Shown here: in pieces, positions 59,981 through 64,000 of the stretch
How positions within the stretch are numbered: the first letter of the stretch is position 1
Layout: each line of letters begins with the position of its first letter
DNA from: Heteronotia binoei
Taxonomy: Eukaryota
Assembly (NCBI RefSeq): GCF_032191835.1
Contig: NC_083237.1
Location: 8,680,001-8,744,000, forward strand
Reading direction: 5' to 3'
DNA: 64,000 nt
The notes under the pieces: generated by a model
The model's input: the letters and a program-made list of their open reading frames with translations, nothing else
Told to the model about the DNA's origin: nothing
Databases searched by the model: none
Made by a program: the position numbers and the translations under genes

Positions 59981-62115
59981 TGTAATGTACTGAGTGACGA
60001 GACGTGTTGAAGGCAACATACTTTATTGGCGAGTACATCACAAGAGGGAGAAACCCGGGTCGGGTCCCAATTATATACATGCTCTGGAACAACCCTCCAT
60101 CTGGCCAAATCCAATCCTGGCCAGTTAAACTTCCCGCCACAGATCTTCATGGGCAAAGCGTATTAGCGAGCTACATCCGGGGACCTGTGGGTTTCCACTG
60201 GTCACCTCAGTAGCGTTCGTTGTGTTGTACATCCAGACTTAAATGCAAGACATAACACTCCTCCCCCCCCTAGTTCAAGATACAAAGTCTTTCAAGTAGG
60301 CTGGTGCCCTACGTTCACTGACCGACCTCCTCGTGGTTACTTGGGGAGCTGGAGCGACCGCCGTGGCTGGCGGGGCAGTGGGTTTTCCGTGTTGGGGTGA
60401 TGCTGGAAGAGGACTGTCTGCCACTTGTTGCTCTTCCGGAGTCCCCTCTCTCGGGTGGTCGCTCCCACCGCTGTGGTGCTCTTCTGCCCGTACAGTCGGT
60501 GCAGCTGGCATGGACGGGGTAGCTTCCGGGGTTGCAGTCAGTTCTCCCCCGCTCCCCCCACCCCTGATTGCTGTCGGTTCCTCTGGCAAAGTGCGGTGGT
60601 GCAGCTGGTCAATATGCCTCCTAAGGATCTGGCCCCCCTCCGTCGAGACCTCGTAGGAGCGGGACCCGGTCACCCGCAGCACCCAGTCGGCTAACCACTC
60701 TGGGCCACTTGCAAAGTTCTTAGCGTACACCGGATCCCCTGGAAAGAACCCCCTAGCGGCTTCCCTGGTTTCGGGGGAACTGCGGAGGTCCATGGCCCGG
60801 TCGGGATGCAACCGGTCTAGCCTCGTGATCAGCTTCCTCCCCATTAGTAACTCGGCAGGGCTTAACCCAGTGACGGGGTTGGGGTTGATTCTGTTATCGG
60901 ACGAGTCGTGGTTGGTGGACTGGCATCTGCGGGTGGCCTTGGCCCGGCAAGCCCGCGCCATGTGGCCCAGTCTTCCACAGTTCCTGCAATCAACGTTGTG
61001 ATAGGGGCAGTCCCGTCACTTGTGTGGATCCCCACAGCTTGTGCACTTGGTGTTGGCTGGTCTCTCGGTCGCTCGTGGCAGTTGGGTCTCTCTCGGCTCC
61101 ATTCCTGGTTGGCGACGAAGCTGGTGTGTCTCCTCCTCCTCTGGGTTGCTTGACGCCATCTCCTCTTGGTAGACGGCTTCTGCACGCAGGATATGGAAAG
61201 CTTTGGTGGCTCTCTCAAATGCGGTGGCTTCATTGAAAGCAAGTTGGAGGGTGAGCTCCTCCTTTGCAAAGATCTTTTGCTGCAGTCTTTCATCTTGGAG
61301 GCCCCAGACGAATCGATCTCTCAGGGCTTTGTCCAGCTTGTCGAAGCTGCAGTTCCCCACAAGTTGGCAGAGGGTGGCCACGTAGACTGCGGCTGTCTCT
61401 CCCGCCCCTTGATCCCTCTTGTGGAAGAGAAATCGGCGGGCGATGAGGGATGGCTAGGGCAAGAAGTGCCTGGTCAGGAGTCTGACTATCTCCTCGTACA
61501 TTTTCTCCGTGATGTTCGCGGGGGCCAAGAGACCCTTTGCGATCTCCAATGTGGCCTCCCCGCAGACGCTCTGGAGCATGTTTTTCTTGTGGCTGTCGTC
61601 CGTGATCATGTTTGCTCGTAAGTAGCAGTCAACCCGCTCCATGTAGATCTCCCACCTATCGGGGTTGGTGGGGTCGAACTCTGCAAGGTGGCCCGTCGTC
61701 ACGCTCGGGTTCGCCATGGCAGTGGAGGTGGCAGTGGCCGCTTCAGTCTCCCTAGACTGCATACCTTCCTCGTCTCCGGCCAGGTCAGCGAAGTCCCGCT
61801 TGAGGAGTTACCTGGCTAGGATCCCATCTTGTCGCCACTATAATGTACTGAGTGACGAGACGTGTTGAAGGCAACATACTTTATTGGCGAGTACATCAGA
61901 AGAGGGAGAAACCTGGGCCGGGTCCCAATTATATACATGCCCCGGAATAATCCTCCGTCTGGCCAGGTCCAATCCTGGCCAGTTAAAGTTCCCGCCACAA
62001 GTCTTGATGGGCAAAGCGTATTAGCGAGCTACATCCAGGGACAAGTGGGTTTCCACTGATCGCCTCTGTAGCGTTTGCTGTGTTTTACATCCAGACTGAA
62101 ATGCAAGACATAACA
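59981..62115 (-). mobile_element. Ty3/Gypsy LTR retrotransposon with internal pol deletion
   Basis: Two 277-bp LTRs (59981-60257, 61839-62115), 5-bp TSD GTTTC, PBS-like TGGCGACAAGAT, polypurine tract next to the 3' LTR, gag and integrase C-terminal motifs. Confidence 0.95.
60275..61717 (-). pseudogene. gag-integrase C-terminus in-frame fusion ORF (480 codons, two internal stops)
   Basis: One frame: MANPSVTTGHLAEFDP...two CX2CX4HX4C knuckles...NPVTGLSPAELLMGRKL...RRHIDQL; stops at 61454-61456 and 61016-61018. Confidence 0.8.
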
Positions 62116-62319
62116 GTTTCAGAATCACCTTTTCGGCCAATATACATTTACTCTGTTACTGTGCAGAATCCAGATGATTTATCATTCAGTTGATGCCATT
62201 TTTAAAAGCTCCCACTGCATTTTGAAAATTCCCCATTCCATGATGTCTTTGCTAAAATCTTTGACTGCAATCTTTTTCAATTACATTTTCACTTTGGTTG
62301 TGATCTTACCTGAGGCAAC

Positions 62320-62500
62320 CATTTATTTATTTCTCAGATTTATATCCCGCCCTCCCCGCTGAAGCAGACTCAGGGCAGCTAACAACAGTCAAACTAAAAC
62401 AATAAAACAGTAAATAAACAACTAAAATTTAACAATTAATACCAATTGAATAATATTAAAACAGCTTAAAACAATTTAAAACAATTTTGGTGCTAGTATT
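62320..62500 (-). mobile_element. L2 3' tail fragment
   Basis: ATTTATATCCCGCCC...CTCAGGGCAGCTAAC is the reverse complement of the L2 tail. Confidence 0.65.
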
Positions 62501-63007
62501 GATAACCATTCGGATATTAATACAATTGTATAACCAGCTACTGCACATCTTTATTCCAGAATACGAAACTTCCCCAGCCTTCTCAAATCTTCCCTCCTTT
62601 GCTTGCTCTTTTGCTGTGTTTCTGTTAAAAAAGTAAAGACTGGTATACTCACATCAGTTCTTGAGAAATCATTGCCAGTAAGGAACTGGAAAGGAGGTGT
62701 TTGGGCACAGAAGAATGGATGGCCACGGGGTAAGGGGTGGGTGGGATCTGCCCTGTGAGTTTTATTATTTTTTGCTTGTATGCACATAAATTTAAATGAA
62801 GTATGAGATTAACAATAAGAAGGGAGGATGAAGGTTGTCTTGCTGCTGCTTCTGGTGGCATGTGGTGGCTGGAGAAAATAACTACCTGCTGGGACATTCC
62901 CTTCATTTAATTGATTTTTTCCATGGAATTTCTGACTATATTACTAAAATGGGAAATTATAATTTCATAGGTATATATGAGTATTTCCATATCTCATCAT
63001 ATATTCT

Positions 63008-63154
63008 CAGGCCTCAGATTCAGTGGGAGCTCACAGGAGCACAGCTCCTGAAACTTTCTGAGAGTTCCACCTCCTTGTCCATAGAATACTTGTGCAGCTG
63101 CATAACAATCCCTGGATGAGTTCCACCACCTATTAGTCTACAAAATGACCCCTG
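63008..63154. mobile_element. hAT MITE
   Basis: CAGG...CCCTG ends; perfect 8-bp TSD TATATTCT. Confidence 0.8.
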
Positions 63155-63946
63155 TATATTCTAATATATGGTTGCTTTGAGATACTTAAATCTGAGGATA
63201 AGGTCTGGGTGGAGAGCAAGAAGATCTTCCAGCGAACCTATTGGTCCTTGTGGGCTTGCATGATGATTTAAAATTCAGTAAAATTCAATGTGGTGGTTTT
63301 TATCCCCCAAAGGTTTTTTTTGAAAAATGAAGTCTGAAATTGTCCTTTTGGTCATCAATACAAACTGCCTATAATCAGAAGGATATTGGTAAGAAATATG
63401 AACAATTGCATCGAGGAAACAATACATTCTTAGTTCAGCTATATCAGAGGGAGTGTATTTTAGAATTTTAATACATATGTGGTAAACAGCTGTAGGGATG
63501 CAGGTTGAACAGCAGAGAAATTAAAACTGCGTCACAGAGTGTTGTGTATTTAAGCTTTGCTATGATATGATAAGAAAACATGCTAGTTTGAGAGATTTGC
63601 GCAGGTGTTATTTGTGGTCACGCTGACCAGAGACATATAATTAATTGGCTAATGGTGGTGGAATGTTGTGATGTCATGATTTCAATAAAGGCTGGACGGA
63701 CAAAGGCAGGAGGAGTCTTCTAAGACTACAGATTCCATCTCAACCTTTGTGAGCACCTTTTCTTTAACCAAGACGTCTCCCGGAATTCGTGTTTTCTCCT
63801 AAATCTATCTTTCTGCACTTAAAGTGTTAGAGCTGGAATCTCTGACAAACAGCTATAATCGTTTCTTCTTATTGTGGATGGGTAACTATCTGCAGAAAGG
63901 AAAAGAACTCAGAAATGAATGCAACACTTTTTTCTCCTCAAACTAG

Positions 63947-64000
63947 CTCCACACATTTCTTCAGGGCCTTGCGTTCAACAACTCTGCTGGAGAAACAGTG
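63947..64000 (+). CDS. Vmn2r: V2R gene 4 exon 4 (5' part, cut by window edge)
   Basis: After a CTAG acceptor: LHTFLQGLAFNNSAGETV. Confidence 0.9.

Larger units (their letters stand above)
49371..64000 (+). other. Vmn2r: V2R gene 4 (type A), partial; continues beyond window
   Basis: join(49371..49582,50323..50614,58901..59740,63947..>64000); open frame as far as visible; closest to gene 1. Confidence 0.9.

Noticed and set aside
63528-63847. Solo LTR in gene 4 intron 3
   Set aside because: TG...CA ends and an AATAAA are present, but only a 3-bp AAC duplication and no second copy in the window; too weak to call.

Overview
This is vertebrate genomic DNA, from a squamate and most likely a gecko judging by the SINE and LINE repertoire (inference). 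It holds a tandem cluster of vomeronasal type-2 receptor (V2R, class C GPCR) genes, all on the + strand. I assembled four genes by hand from GT-AG boundaries and exon phases. Genes 1 (872 aa), 2 (876 aa) and 3 (877 aa) have all six exons in open frames; gene 4 has exons 1-3 and the start of exon 4 and runs off the window. The order is A-B-B-A: genes 1 and 4 are close paralogs, and genes 2 and 3 are a younger duplicate pair. Introns and spacers are packed with transposons: a DIRS/Ngaro-like element at the left edge, L2, L1, CR1 and RTE LINEs, a Gypsy LTR element, Penelope remnants, tRNA- and 5S-derived SINEs, and hAT/Harbinger MITEs. The most unusual structures are: (1) a near-intact full-length RTE LINE with its 5' ~920 bp inverted (twin-priming signature); (2) an LTR element whose pol deletion fuses gag in frame to the integrase C-terminus; (3) a 94-bp-arm Penelope hairpin with a hammerhead-ribozyme core; (4) a Penelope-type insertion that adds in-frame upstream ATGs to gene 1; (5) a hypervariable exon-3 patch next to an apparent gene-conversion tract in genes 2 and 3. 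All coordinates and mismatch counts were made by eye, no database search was run, and repeat family names come from recognition of motifs.
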